Shown: one piece after another, positions 52,045-63,660 of the stretch
Layout: the number at the start of each line of letters is the position of its first letter
How positions within the stretch are numbered: position 1 is the stretch's first letter
From: Candidatus Zhuqueibacterota bacterium
Lineage (GTDB): Bacteria; Zhuqueibacterota; Zhuqueibacteria; Thermofontimicrobiales; Thermofontimicrobiaceae
Length of the DNA: 64,000 bases
Reading direction: 5' to 3'
NCBI GenBank assembly: GCA_034506395.1
Contig: JAPDPQ010000004.1
Coordinates: 144,631 to 208,630, forward strand
Notes under the pieces: generated by a model
The model's input: the letters and a program-made list of their open reading frames with translations, nothing else
Database searches by the model: none
What the model was told of the DNA's origin: nothing
Translations under genes and position numbers: made by a program

Positions 52045-53352
52045 ATGAAAAAATTATCGATTATTTTCAGTTTGGTGGTCATCGTTTCAATCTCCCAGGC
52101 AAGTTCAAATCCTATCCATCTGTTAAGAAGACAAACAGCCCTCGAAAAAATGTCACCGAACGGACTTCTGATCCTTCAAACGCAACGAAATGGGTATCGT
52201 TTTGGATTTGGGTTTGAGCAAGAGAGCAATTTATTTTTCTTGACAGGCAGCAATGAACCCGATATTATACTGATTTTATCCAAACCAGGCATTCAATCCC
52301 CAGTCAGCGATACTCAAGTCCATTCGATTATCATCAAAAATCCTCCGCCGTCTAAAATGGTAAAATCGGATGAATATTACCGAATGCTTCAGGATTCTCT
52401 TGGAATTGACCTGGTCTGCGGTTCGAAAGAGCTTCGAAAAATTTTGAATTCGATCCGTGTGATTGACCAGCTCTATACGAACGTAATTAAATCTGATCAG
52501 AGAGAAGGGAACAGTATCCTCGAGAAACGATTAATTGAATTGGTTGAAAGATTGTCATCGATATCTATTCAACAGCCAGAAGCACTTCTCGCGCAATCCC
52601 GAAGGATTAAGGACAGCGGAGAAATTGCGGACATCCAAAAAGCGATCGACATCACCACCCTGGCCCATAAAGAGGCCATGAAATCCATGACGCCTGGCCT
52701 GTTCGAATATCAGATTGAAGCTGTCGTCGAATACATCTTCAAATTCCACGGCTTGCAACAATTGGCCTTTCCCACCATTGTCGGTTCTGGTCCGAATAGC
52801 TTGGATCTCCATTATGAATTGGGCGTGCGCCAAATCGAATCAGGCGACATGGTGGTAGTCGATATCGGCTGTGAATATAACCATTATTGCGCCGACATCA
52901 CCCGAACCATTCCAGCATCGGGCAAATTCACTCCGCAGCAGAAGGAAATTTATAACATCGTGCTGGAAGCCAATCTGGCTGTGATTGATATGCTGCGGCC
53001 TGGCTTGACCATGGCGCAGATGGATTCCCTGGCCCGAGCCGTGTTTGCCAAATATGGCTACGAGAAATATTGGCGCCACGGCTGCACCCATCATTTGGGA
53101 TTGGATGTGCACGATATTGGCGATACTTCCCTTCCATTGGTACCTGGCTGTGTGGTGACGGTTGAACCTGGTTTGTATATTCCACCCAATCCTGATTTGC
53201 CAAAGGAATACTGGAATATTGGGGTCAGAATTGAGGATGATGTGTTGATCACCGAAGATGGTCATCGGGTGCTGACGGCGGCGTGCCCCAAAACGGTGGA
53301 AGAAATTGAGGCATTGATGAAATTGGAGGGGTTGGGAAATATTCGGTTTTGA
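52045..53352 (+). CDS. Secreted M24B Xaa-Pro aminopeptidase (PepP-like) with an N-terminal AMP_N domain
   Basis: Signal peptide; metal ligands in DIGCEYNHYCADITRT, HGCTHHLGLDVHD and EPGLYIP...RIEDDV. Confidence 0.85.
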   Translation: MKKLSIIFSLVVIVSISQASSNPIHLLRRQTALEKMSPNGLLILQTQRNGYRFGFGFEQESNLFFLTGSNEPDIILILSKPGIQSPVSDTQVHSIIIKNPPPSKMVKSDEYYRMLQDSLGIDLVCGSKELRKILNSIRVIDQLYTNVIKSDQREGNSILEKRLIELVERLSSISIQQPEALLAQSRRIKDSGEIADIQKAIDITTLAHKEAMKSMTPGLFEYQIEAVVEYIFKFHGLQQLAFPTIVGSGPNSLDLHYELGVRQIESGDMVVVDIGCEYNHYCADITRTIPASGKFTPQQKEIYNIVLEANLAVIDMLRPGLTMAQMDSLARAVFAKYGYEKYWRHGCTHHLGLDVHDIGDTSLPLVPGCVVTVEPGLYIPPNPDLPKEYWNIGVRIEDDVLITEDGHRVLTAACPKTVEEIEALMKLEGLGNIRF

Positions 53353-53398
53353 AAATTTTCAGAATCAATGCGTTTTTTCGATAAATCATCGTAATATC

Positions 53399-53495
53399 TC
53401 GTGGCAAGCTGTGGACGATGCGACAGTTTTCGGGTATGTGCAATACAGAGCAAAGCAATGACCGCTATCATTTACTGTTGAACAAAGGTGAAACA
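53399..53495 (+). pseudogene. Fragment of a methylmalonyl-CoA mutase gene (about 32 codons, [33 protein letters not shown]) with no start codon
   Basis: About 80% nucleotide identity to 54008-54100 of the downstream mutase gene (encoding [32 protein letters not shown]); an in-frame TAA lies immediately upstream. Confidence 0.55.
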
Positions 53496-53783
53496 AAAGA
53501 AATTTATTTTTATCATTTTTTATGATCGTTCACCAGTATCAGATGTCGAAATTATGCACGCTATCGAATCTTTTTGAAACCTTGTTTTTGTCTTTCAACC
53601 TTAGTAGCCTAATGACAACCCACAAATTCTAACCTTATTACCCTATTTTCTTTTTCCAATAAGGTAATAAGGTCAGTGCCATTGTGGATCTTGCCTGCTA
53701 CTAAGGTTCCAAAAGCTAAAATAATGTTATTCCAGTGCAAAAATTTAAATCACAATTGTCTGATTTCCGATGGAGGAAATTCA

Positions 53784-55451
53784 ATGCTCGATGATAAAAC
53801 CAAAAATCAAGTCAAAAAACTCCATTCCCAATGGCAACAGCAAGCCAATCAATCAAAAACGCTAAACAAAAAATTCATCACCGTCTCAGGGGAGGAAATT
53901 AAGCCGCTGTACACTCCCCTGGATTTGGAAGGCATCGATTTTGAGCGGGATATCAACTTCCCTGGCTTCTATCCCTACACCCGTGGCGTCCATGCCACCA
54001 TGTATCGGGGCAAGCTGTGGACCATGCGGCAATTTTCAGGCATGGGCAACGCTCAGCAAACCAATGAGCGGTATCATTTCCTGCTGAAACGAGGCCAGAC
54101 GGGCTTATCGGTGGCTTTCGATTTGCCCACATTGATGGGCTATGATTCGGATCATCCCCGCTCTCGGGGCGAAGTAGGCAAATGCGGCGTGGCCGTGGAT
54201 TCCTTGGCGGATATGGAGGTGCTGTTCAAAGGGATTCAGTTGGATAAAATTTCCACCTCCATGACCATCAATGCGCCTGCCTCGATTTTATTCGCCATGT
54301 ACATCGCTGTGGCTGAAAAGCAGGGCGTGCCATCGGAAAAGCTGACAGGGACGATTCAGAACGATATTTTGAAAGAATACATCGCCCAAAAAGAATGGAT
54401 TTACCCGCCCGAGCCATCGATGCGGCTGATCACTGATACGATGGCCTTCTGCGCCGATCACGTGCCCAAATGGAATACGATTTCGATCTCTGGCTATCAC
54501 ATTCGGGAGGCTGGTGCCACGGCAGCACAGGAGCTGGCGTTCACCCTGGCCGATGGCTTTGCGTATGTGGAGGCAGGCATCAAAGCGGGATTGGATGTGG
54601 ATGTGTTTGCGCCTCGGTTGTCGTTCTTCTTCAACTCTCATCTGGATTTTTTTGAGGAGATCGCCAAATATCGAGCCGCCCGTCGCATCTGGGCACGGCA
54701 CATGCGGGAGAAATACAAAGCCAAAAAAGAAGCCTCCTGGCTATTGCGCTTTCATACCCAGACCGCAGGTTGCAGCCTCACGGCGCAGCAGCCTGAGAAC
54801 AATATCATCCGAACGGCATTTGAAGCGCTGGCAGGCGTACTCGGCGGTACCCAGAGCCTGCACACCAATTCCATGGACGAAACACTGGCTTTGCCCTCAG
54901 ATCATGCGGTCAAAATTGCGCTCCGAACCCAGCAGATCATCGCTTATGAGATCGGCGTAGCTAACACCATAGATCCGTTAGCTGGTTCCTATTTTGTCGA
55001 GGCGATGACCAATAAGCTCGAGGAACAGGCGGAGAAATATTTTGAGGAGATCGAGCGACGAGGCGGCGTGTTGAAGTGCATCGAGCAGGGCTATTTTCAA
55101 AGGGAGATCGCCAAATCCGCCTATCGCTACCAAAAGGAGATCGAGTCCAAGGACCGGATCGTGGTTGGCATCAATGATTTTATTGAACCAGATGAGGAGA
55201 TCAAAATCCCGATCGTTTATATCGACCCTCAGGTGGAAAAGGATCAATGTGCCTCACTAAAGAAGTTGAGGGAGACTCGGGACAACGATAAGGTAAAACG
55301 TTCGCTTGAGAATCTTCGCAAAGTGGCTGAAGGGACTGACAATACGGTTCCTGCGATTCTGGATTGTGTTCGATGTTACACAACCGAGGGCGAAATCGTG
55401 GATGTTTTGCGAGGGGTGTTTGGGGAGTATCAGGAGCCGCCTTTCTTTTAG
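53784..55451 (+). CDS. Methylmalonyl-CoA mutase (or related acyl-CoA mutase) catalytic large subunit, split type without the B12 domain; start taken at ATG 53784 after GGAGG
   Basis: [30 protein letters not shown]...[11 protein letters not shown], the canonical mutase substrate-binding barrel. Confidence 0.9.
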   Translation: MLDDKTKNQVKKLHSQWQQQANQSKTLNKKFITVSGEEIKPLYTPLDLEGIDFERDINFPGFYPYTRGVHATMYRGKLWTMRQFSGMGNAQQTNERYHFLLKRGQTGLSVAFDLPTLMGYDSDHPRSRGEVGKCGVAVDSLADMEVLFKGIQLDKISTSMTINAPASILFAMYIAVAEKQGVPSEKLTGTIQNDILKEYIAQKEWIYPPEPSMRLITDTMAFCADHVPKWNTISISGYHIREAGATAAQELAFTLADGFAYVEAGIKAGLDVDVFAPRLSFFFNSHLDFFEEIAKYRAARRIWARHMREKYKAKKEASWLLRFHTQTAGCSLTAQQPENNIIRTAFEALAGVLGGTQSLHTNSMDETLALPSDHAVKIALRTQQIIAYEIGVANTIDPLAGSYFVEAMTNKLEEQAEKYFEEIERRGGVLKCIEQGYFQREIAKSAYRYQKEIESKDRIVVGINDFIEPDEEIKIPIVYIDPQVEKDQCASLKKLRETRDNDKVKRSLENLRKVAEGTDNTVPAILDCVRCYTTEGEIVDVLRGVFGEYQEPPFF

Positions 55452-55535
55452 TCAGCAGTCTTCAGTAGGCAATCGGCAGTGATCAGTTGTCAGTGGTCAG
55501 TGATCAGTCCGCAGTCGGCAGTTAGTAATGAGCAG
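55452..55535 (+). repeat. Tandem heptamer array, 12 units of TNNNCAG (equivalently NNNCAGT), starting on the first base after the mutase large-subunit stop
   Basis: tcagcag tcttcag taggcaa tcggcag tgatcag ttgtcag tggtcag tgatcag tccgcag tcggcag ttagtaa tgagcag. Confidence 0.9.
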
Positions 55536-55549
55536 TGCAAAATAACAAA

Positions 55550-55619
55550 GGACTACAAACAACGGACGACTGACAACAGGCAACGGACAACTAACAACGA
55601 ACAACCACTAACTAACCAA
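55550..55619 (+). repeat. Tandem heptamer array (NNRCAAC x10), G-poor and CA-rich, ending 31 nt before the mutase small-subunit start
   Basis: ggactac aaacaac ggacgac tgacaac aggcaac ggacaac taacaac gaacaac cactaac taaccaa. Confidence 0.9.
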
Positions 55620-55650
55620 AAATTTTTAGTTTTAAATACACGAGGCAACA

Positions 55651-56049
55651 ATGAAACGAAAGATCAGAATTTTATTAGCCAAGCCAGGACTGGATGGTCA
55701 TGACAGAGGGATCAAAGTGATTGCTGCAGCGCTGCGAGATGCAGGGATCGAAGTGATTTACACGGGCTTGCGACAGACGCCCGAACAGATCGTTGAGGCC
55801 GCCATTCAAGAGGATGTCGATGGAATTGGCATGAGCATCCTATCGGGTGCGCACATGACGCTGTTCCCTGCGGTGATCAATTTGTTGAAGGAAAAAGGCG
55901 CTGAAAGCATTGTCGTTTTCGGCGGCGGGATCATTCCTGATGAGGATATTGAAAAACTGGAACAAGCTGGCGTGGATCGGTTGTTTACGCCAGGGGCTTC
56001 GACGAAGGAGATTGTGGATTATATCTACCAAAAATTTGGTGAAAAGTGA
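55651..56049 (+). CDS. Methylmalonyl-CoA mutase B12-binding small subunit
   Basis: DxHxxG cobalamin-binding motif in [13 protein letters not shown]; Rossmann-like, 132 aa. Confidence 0.9.
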   Translation: MKRKIRILLAKPGLDGHDRGIKVIAAALRDAGIEVIYTGLRQTPEQIVEAAIQEDVDGIGMSILSGAHMTLFPAVINLLKEKGAESIVVFGGGIIPDEDIEKLEQAGVDRLFTPGASTKEIVDYIYQKFGEK

Positions 56050-56346
56050 AAGAAAAAAATTCTAATAGTTCAGCCGCTGCTGAAAAAAAGCGTCATTCCG
56101 ACCGAAGGGAGGAATCTGTCAAGGTAAAATGGTTGAAACTGTGCTAATTTGGGGATAAAAAGATTTCTCGCTTCGCTCGAAATGACACTGGGCTGAACGC
56201 TTACAAAAAGTACTATTCAACGATTGAAATAACCCTATTAATGAAAATTTTTTGTGAAATCCTTTGGGTTGTTTTTCGCCCAGGCGGATTGGAAAAAATT
56301 TTTTATAATCTATAAATCCGAAATCTAAAATCCGAAATACGAAAAT

Positions 56347-57897
56347 ATGCCCCTCGATCCCAAGCTCGAAAAACTCTATCGCCTCAAATCCGAAGCCAAA
56401 CTCGGCGGCGGACAAAAGCGCATCGACGCCCAGCATCAAAAGGGCAAACTCACCGCCCGTGAACGCATCGAGCTGTTGCTGGACGAAGGTAGCTTCGAGG
56501 AGCTGGACATGTTCGTCCGCCATCGTTGTACCGATTTCGGGCTGGAAAAAGAAAGCTACCTCGGCGATGGCGTGGTGACGGGCTATGGCACGATTGATGG
56601 TCGCCTCGTCTTTGTCTTCTCCCAGGATTTCACCATCTTTGGCGGCTCGCTATCGGAAATGTATGCCAAAAAAGTGTGCAAGATCATGGATCTGGCGCTC
56701 AAAGTTGGGGCCCCCGTGATCGGTATCAACGACTCGGGAGGTGCCCGCATTCAAGAAGGGGTCGATAGCCTGGGCGGTTATGCGGAGATTTTCTTGAGAA
56801 ATACCCTTTGCTCTGGCGTTATTCCGCAGATCAGCGTAATCGCAGGCCCGTGCGCTGGTGGGGCGGTCTATTCCCCAGCCATCACTGATTTTATTTTTAT
56901 GGTGCAGAACACCAGCTACATGTTCGTCACAGGACCGAATGTCGTTAAAACCGTTACCCATGAGGAGGTTACGTTTGAAGAGCTGGGCGGCGCTATCACG
57001 CATAGCTCGAAAAGTGGCGTGGCCCATTTCGCTTGCGAGAATGAGATCGAGACCTTTAATGCCGTGCGAAAGCTGATGAGTTACATTCCATTGAATAATA
57101 TCGATGATCCCCCCTATCTCGAACCCACCGATCCAATCGATCGAACCGATGACGAGTTGAACACCATCGTCCCCGAAAATCCCAATAAGCCGTATGACAT
57201 GAAAGAGATCATCAAACGGATTGTGGATGACGGCGACTTTTTTGAAGTGCACAAAGATTGGGCGCAAAATATCATCATCGGATTTGCCAGACTGGGCGGT
57301 TATCCCGTGGGAATTGTGGGCAATCAGCCTGCGGTGCTGGCGGGCGTGCTGGATATCGATTCGTCCTGCAAAGCGGGCCGATTTGTGCGCTTCTGCGATT
57401 GCTTCAATATTCCGCTCATAACGCTGGTGGATGTGCCAGGCTTTTTGCCAGGCACGGCGCAGGAATTCGGCGGCATCATCAAGCATGGGGCAAAATTGCT
57501 GTATGCCTTCTGCGAAGCCACTGTCCCGAAACTCACCGTCATCACCCGCAAAGCCTACGGCGGCGCTTATGACGTGATGAGTAGCAAGCACATTCGGGGC
57601 GATTACAACATCGCCTGGCCTTCGGCGGAACTAGCAGTGATGGGGCCGAAAGGTGCGGTTGAAATCATTTTTAAAAAAGAAATTGAAGCCTCACCCGATC
57701 CCGAAAAGGCGCTGCAAGAAAAGCTGGATCAATTCATTGCCGAATTTGCCAATCCCTACAAAGCCGCCGAACGGGGCTATATCGACGATGTAATCGAGCC
57801 GAAATATACCCGACCTAAGTTGATTCGGGCGCTGCGGATGCTGGAAACGAAGAGCGATACCAATCCGAGAAAGAAGCATGGCAATATTCCCCTATAA
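56347..57897 (+). CDS. Acyl-CoA carboxyltransferase (beta) subunit, propionyl-CoA carboxylase beta / methylmalonyl-CoA decarboxylase alpha type
   Basis: Tandem crotonase-fold carboxyltransferase domains with GGARIQEG and the [10 protein letters not shown]-type conserved blocks. Confidence 0.9.
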   Translation: MPLDPKLEKLYRLKSEAKLGGGQKRIDAQHQKGKLTARERIELLLDEGSFEELDMFVRHRCTDFGLEKESYLGDGVVTGYGTIDGRLVFVFSQDFTIFGGSLSEMYAKKVCKIMDLALKVGAPVIGINDSGGARIQEGVDSLGGYAEIFLRNTLCSGVIPQISVIAGPCAGGAVYSPAITDFIFMVQNTSYMFVTGPNVVKTVTHEEVTFEELGGAITHSSKSGVAHFACENEIETFNAVRKLMSYIPLNNIDDPPYLEPTDPIDRTDDELNTIVPENPNKPYDMKEIIKRIVDDGDFFEVHKDWAQNIIIGFARLGGYPVGIVGNQPAVLAGVLDIDSSCKAGRFVRFCDCFNIPLITLVDVPGFLPGTAQEFGGIIKHGAKLLYAFCEATVPKLTVITRKAYGGAYDVMSSKHIRGDYNIAWPSAELAVMGPKGAVEIIFKKEIEASPDPEKALQEKLDQFIAEFANPYKAAERGYIDDVIEPKYTRPKLIRALRMLETKSDTNPRKKHGNIPL

Positions 57898-58004
57898 AAA
57901 CGTGACCGTCATCTTGGAGATGACGGTCACGTTGTCAGATCGACTGAAAGGCAAGTTGAAACTAACTAAAAAAAATTTAGACTGAGAATTGATAAGGTGC
58001 CGAC

Positions 58005-58307
58005 ATGTTAACCCGTGAAAAAGTATTACAGGTTTTAAAAAAAGAAATGCCCTATTTCGCCAGAGAATATGGCGTCAAAAAAATTGGAATATTCGGCTCT
58101 TTTGCCAGGGGTATTCAGACGGAAAAAAGCGATATAGATGTTTTTGTCGAATTCGAGCGACCAATTGGACTCAAATTTATAGAATTCGCCGAATACCTTG
58201 AAACTTTATTTGGCAAGAAAACTGACATCTTAACACCTGCAGGAGTCAAAAGTATCAGGTTAAAACATATTGCCAGAGACATTGAGGAGAATATCATTTA
58301 TGTCTAA
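58005..58307 (+). CDS. MNT-type nucleotidyltransferase antitoxin (HepT/MNT toxin-antitoxin pair)
   Basis: GIFGSFARG....SDIDV minimal nucleotidyltransferase motif. Confidence 0.8.
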   Translation: MLTREKVLQVLKKEMPYFAREYGVKKIGIFGSFARGIQTEKSDIDVFVEFERPIGLKFIEFAEYLETLFGKKTDILTPAGVKSIRLKHIARDIEENIIYV

Positions 58308-58659
58308 ACGAGATGATCTTGATCTTGTCAAAGATATTCAAGAAGCGATTCGAAGAATTAACTCTTATGTTAAAATGCTGGATTATGATGACTTCTTTGA
58401 AGATATTAAAACTCAGGACGCTGTGGTGCGGAATCTTGAAATTGTTGGAGAAGCAATCAAAAGTATCTCTGAAAATTTGAAAGAAAAATATCCAGAAATA
58501 CAATGGAAGGAATTAGCTGGATTAAGAGACAAATTAATTCACCATTATTTTGGAGTAAATTATGACATCGTGTGGCACATTGTAAAAAATGAACTGCCAG
58601 ACATTCTTTATCATTTAGAAAAGTTGGTTAATATTGAAGCCAAAAAAGATGCTACGTAA
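58300..58659 (+). CDS. HepT-type HEPN (DUF86) toxin; its start overlaps the MNT stop by 8 nt (ATGTCTAA)
   Basis: RDKLIHHY Rx4-6H HEPN motif; the track ORF starts upstream in an overlapping frame. Confidence 0.8.
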   Translation: MSKRDDLDLVKDIQEAIRRINSYVKMLDYDDFFEDIKTQDAVVRNLEIVGEAIKSISENLKEKYPEIQWKELAGLRDKLIHHYFGVNYDIVWHIVKNELPDILYHLEKLVNIEAKKDAT

Positions 58660-58750
58660 AAGATATTGCTGATAACGCTAGTTGATGCTTAAAAAAATTC
58701 CAAACGTTCTGGACTCAATGAGCTTAGAATAGAAAATATTAAATCAAAAT

Positions 58751-60256
<1,506 letters not shown>

Positions 60257-60417
60257 ATATTTAGCGATAGCTTTAAAAAGTAATATATTCTCCCACAGAA
60301 ATGAAATCCCACAGAATTGCGATCCAAAATTTTATAAATCAGTTCTGTGGGAAGACAATTCTGGCGGAGAAAAATTTTTGCCAGGCTCCCTAATCCTATC
60401 GGAAATAGAGGCCATTC

Positions 60418-60927
60418 ATGAATTATATTGCCAGAATTCGAGATAAAGAATTCAAGCTAAAACTGGACGACCGTGGTGATCAGGTGGTGGCAACTATCAA
60501 CGGCCAATCGATCCCGATCCAATTGCGGGAGATCGATGGCAGCCATGTCTATTCTGCGCTGGTTGGCAATCGCTCGTTTGAAATCGAAATCCGACGTAAT
60601 GATGCTGGTTATAAAGTTTTTCACAAAGGGAGATCATTTGAATTTGTCGTGGAAGACGAACGGACCGCTCAATTGAAAAAATCAATGCGACAGGCGGTCT
60701 CTCATAAAATCGAACAGGAATTAAAGGCACCCATGCCAGGATTAGTTGTGGCAATTGAAGTGAAACCTGGGCAACAGATAAAAAAGGGCGATGGCTTGCT
60801 CATTATCGAAGCGATGAAAATGGAAAATGAGATAAGGGCGCCGTTTGATTGTGTGGTGAAAGAGATAAAGGTTCAGGAGAAACAAGCAGTGGAGAAAGGG
60901 CAGGTATTGGTGGTGTTTGGGGCATAG
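60418..60927 (+). CDS. Biotin carboxyl carrier protein (biotinyl domain, EAMKME)
   Basis: C-terminal lipoyl/biotinyl fold with the AMKM biotinylation site. Confidence 0.85.
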   Translation: MNYIARIRDKEFKLKLDDRGDQVVATINGQSIPIQLREIDGSHVYSALVGNRSFEIEIRRNDAGYKVFHKGRSFEFVVEDERTAQLKKSMRQAVSHKIEQELKAPMPGLVVAIEVKPGQQIKKGDGLLIIEAMKMENEIRAPFDCVVKEIKVQEKQAVEKGQVLVVFGA

Positions 60928-61029
60928 GGCATTATGCAAGGGGTAAGGATATTTTCAAATTTTGATTTGTTAGATATTTCTCAGGACAAATAACGCTAAT
61001 TGATATGAACCAAACGAGAGGGCAAATCT

Positions 61030-62076
61030 ATGGCAGGAATTGTCGGCTATGGGGCGTACATCCCCCGCAATCGAATCAAGGTCGAGGAAATTGCTAAAAT
61101 CTGGGGAGCGGATGCGCCGAGTTATAAGAAGGGACTATTGTTGCAGGAGAAATCGGTGCCAGCGCCAGATCAGGATACGATCACGATGTCGGTCGAGGCA
61201 ACTCGCAATGCGCTACAACGGGCGGGGATCGATCCTCGGAAAATCGGTGCGGTTTATATTGGATCGGAATCACATCCGTATGCGGTGAAACCCAGCGGGA
61301 CGGTGGTGGCCGAGGCGATCAACGCAGTTCCTGAATGCCACAATGCGGATCTGGAGTTCGCCTGTAAGGCAGGCACTGAAGGCATGTTCATTTGTCTGGG
61401 CCTGGTGGATGCAGGTTTGATTGAATATGGGCTTGGCATCGGCGCTGATACCTCACAGGGCGCTCCTGGCGATGCGCTGGAATATTCGGCAGCGGCTGGT
61501 GCAGCGGCATTCATCATGGGCAAAAAGGATCTGGTGGCTGAATGTTTGATGACCTATTCCTACATGACGGATACGCCCGATTTTTGGCGGCGGGAGCATC
61601 AGTTTTATCCCAGCCATGGCGGCAGATTCACGGGCGAGCCCGCCTATTTTAAGCATATTCGGGGAGCAGGCGAAGGCATTATGAAAAAAGCGGGCAAAAA
61701 GCCAGCGGATTTTAAATATGCGGTTTTTCATCAGCCCAATGGCAAATTTCCGCTGCGGGTCGGCAAAATGCTCGGCTTTGAAAAGGAGCAGCTTCTGCCA
61801 GGATTGGTGTGCCCCGAACTCGGCAACACCTATTCAGGCGCCTCGCCGCTCGGCCTGACGGCTATTCTGGATCAGGCGCAACCTGGTGAACTGATTCTGA
61901 TGGTCTCCTTCGGCTCGGGCGCTGGCAGCGATGCTTTCATTTGGCGAGTGACCGATCGCATCAAACAGGTTCAGGACAAGGCGCCGAAGACCTGGGACAT
62001 GCTTCGCAATAATAAAAAATACCTGGACTATGGGACGTATGCCAAGTTCAGGGGGAAGATTCTCAAAAAAGAATAA
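61030..62076 (+). CDS. Archaeal-type hydroxymethylglutaryl-CoA synthase-like condensing enzyme (about 348 aa)
   Basis: [16 protein letters not shown]... and active-site FACKAGTEG; the short thiolase-fold HMGCS form. Confidence 0.8.
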   Translation: MAGIVGYGAYIPRNRIKVEEIAKIWGADAPSYKKGLLLQEKSVPAPDQDTITMSVEATRNALQRAGIDPRKIGAVYIGSESHPYAVKPSGTVVAEAINAVPECHNADLEFACKAGTEGMFICLGLVDAGLIEYGLGIGADTSQGAPGDALEYSAAAGAAAFIMGKKDLVAECLMTYSYMTDTPDFWRREHQFYPSHGGRFTGEPAYFKHIRGAGEGIMKKAGKKPADFKYAVFHQPNGKFPLRVGKMLGFEKEQLLPGLVCPELGNTYSGASPLGLTAILDQAQPGELILMVSFGSGAGSDAFIWRVTDRIKQVQDKAPKTWDMLRNNKKYLDYGTYAKFRGKILKKE

Positions 62077-62287
62077 TGATTGATTTTAGAGTTATAAATT
62101 TGAGACCGCTAATTACACGAATTTTTCTAATTGCGCTAATTTGGTTCTGAGCCATGCTTTTCAATAATGGGGTAAATTCCCAGCAGCATTTTTTAATTAG
62201 CGAAATTTGTCTAATTGGCGAAATTAGCGGTCAAAAAAACTGGCAGTTAGAAATTTGCTCTCAAAGAAACTGAAGGAGAAAATATCT

Positions 62288-63445
62288 ATGCGAGAAGTCG
62301 CTATTATCGGAGTTGGGATGAATAAATGGGGCGAGTTGTGGGAGAAATCGATCAATGATATATTTGTCGAGGCGGCGCTCGAGGCCATCGACGATGCGGG
62401 CGTCGATCATCTCGATGCCATGTACGTCGGCTGCATGTCGGGCGGGCTGTTCAATGGCCAGGAGCATCTGGCGTCGTTGTTATCTGATTATCTGGGCATG
62501 GGACCCATTCCTGCTACCCGTGTGGAATCGGCCTGCGCTTCGGGCGGGCTGGCGGTCAAATCGGCAATCATTGAAGTGATGTCTGGCAACGCTGAGATCG
62601 TTCTGGCAGGTGGTGTGGAAAAAATGACTGATGTTTCTGGCGATCAAGCAACGTATGCCCTGGCCACAGCAGCGGATCAGGAGTACGAGGTTTATCAGGG
62701 AGTGACTTTTCCTGGCTTATATGCCATGATGGCTCGAGCGCACATGCACAAATATGGCACGACGAGGAAGCAATTGGCGGCTGTGGCGGTCAAAAATCAT
62801 GACAATGGTTCCTTAAATCCGCTGGCGCAATTTCCACAGAAAGTCACGCTGGATGAAGTAATGAATTCCGTCATGGTGGCCGATCCGCTGCGGATTCTGG
62901 ATTGCTCCCCCATTACCGATGGCGCTGCTGCGATCATCGTTTGTTCACTGGAAACCGCAAAAAAAATCAGCAAGAAGCCGATCGTAAAAGTTATCGGATT
63001 GGGACATGCCACGGATTCTATTGCTTTACATTCCAGAAGCGATCTGACGTCATTGAATGCTGTGAAATTGGCTGGAGAACGGGCTTATAAAATGGCGGGC
63101 AAAACGCCAGCGGACATCGATCTGGTGGAGGTACACGATTGCTTCACCATCGCTGAAATTATCGTTACTGAAGCCCTGGGATTTTTCGAGCCAGGCAAAG
63201 GCGGGCCAGCGGCTGAATCGGGTCAGACCGCCCGTGATGGCAAAATTCCCGTCAACACCAGCGGCGGATTGAAGTCCAAAGGCCATCCTGTCGGCGCCAC
63301 AGGCGTCGCTCAGGTCATCGAAGTGGTGAAACAGCTTCGGGGCGAAGCAGGCAAACGACAGATCGAAAAGGCTCGGATTGGGATGACGCAGAATATGGGG
63401 GGAAGTGGTGGGAGTTCGGTGGTTCATATTCTTGAGAAGATCTGA
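62288..63445 (+). CDS. Thiolase (archaeal/SCP-x-type acetyl-CoA C-acetyltransferase); start taken at MREVAIIG after AAGGAG
   Basis: Cys-containing ESACASGG, C-terminal NTSGG...GHPVGATG. Confidence 0.85.
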   Translation: MREVAIIGVGMNKWGELWEKSINDIFVEAALEAIDDAGVDHLDAMYVGCMSGGLFNGQEHLASLLSDYLGMGPIPATRVESACASGGLAVKSAIIEVMSGNAEIVLAGGVEKMTDVSGDQATYALATAADQEYEVYQGVTFPGLYAMMARAHMHKYGTTRKQLAAVAVKNHDNGSLNPLAQFPQKVTLDEVMNSVMVADPLRILDCSPITDGAAAIIVCSLETAKKISKKPIVKVIGLGHATDSIALHSRSDLTSLNAVKLAGERAYKMAGKTPADIDLVEVHDCFTIAEIIVTEALGFFEPGKGGPAAESGQTARDGKIPVNTSGGLKSKGHPVGATGVAQVIEVVKQLRGEAGKRQIEKARIGMTQNMGGSGGSSVVHILEKI

Positions 63446-63660
63446 AAATATGTTTCGTTTTCTAGGGGAAAAAAAATTTCAAATCCCAAAAGACAAATTC
63501 CAAATAATTTCCAATCCCTAAAATCAAAATTCCGAACAACACGTTTTGGTAATTGAAAATTTAAATTTGAAATTTGTTTGGAAATTGGGATTTGTAATTT
63601 GGAATTTTTCTTCAAGTTCAAACAAAGTAGAATTGAAATCAAAAACCAGTGGAGGTATAA

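Noticed and set aside
52555-53265. Several minus-strand ORFs of 90-140 aa
   Set aside because: All are antisense to the pepP-like M24 gene, whose metal-ligand motifs are intact.
56050-56346. Possible riboswitch upstream of the carboxyltransferase gene
   Set aside because: No recognisable riboswitch consensus (B12, SAM, TPP and so on) was found, only short direct repeats (ATCCGAAAT x2). It is left unannotated.
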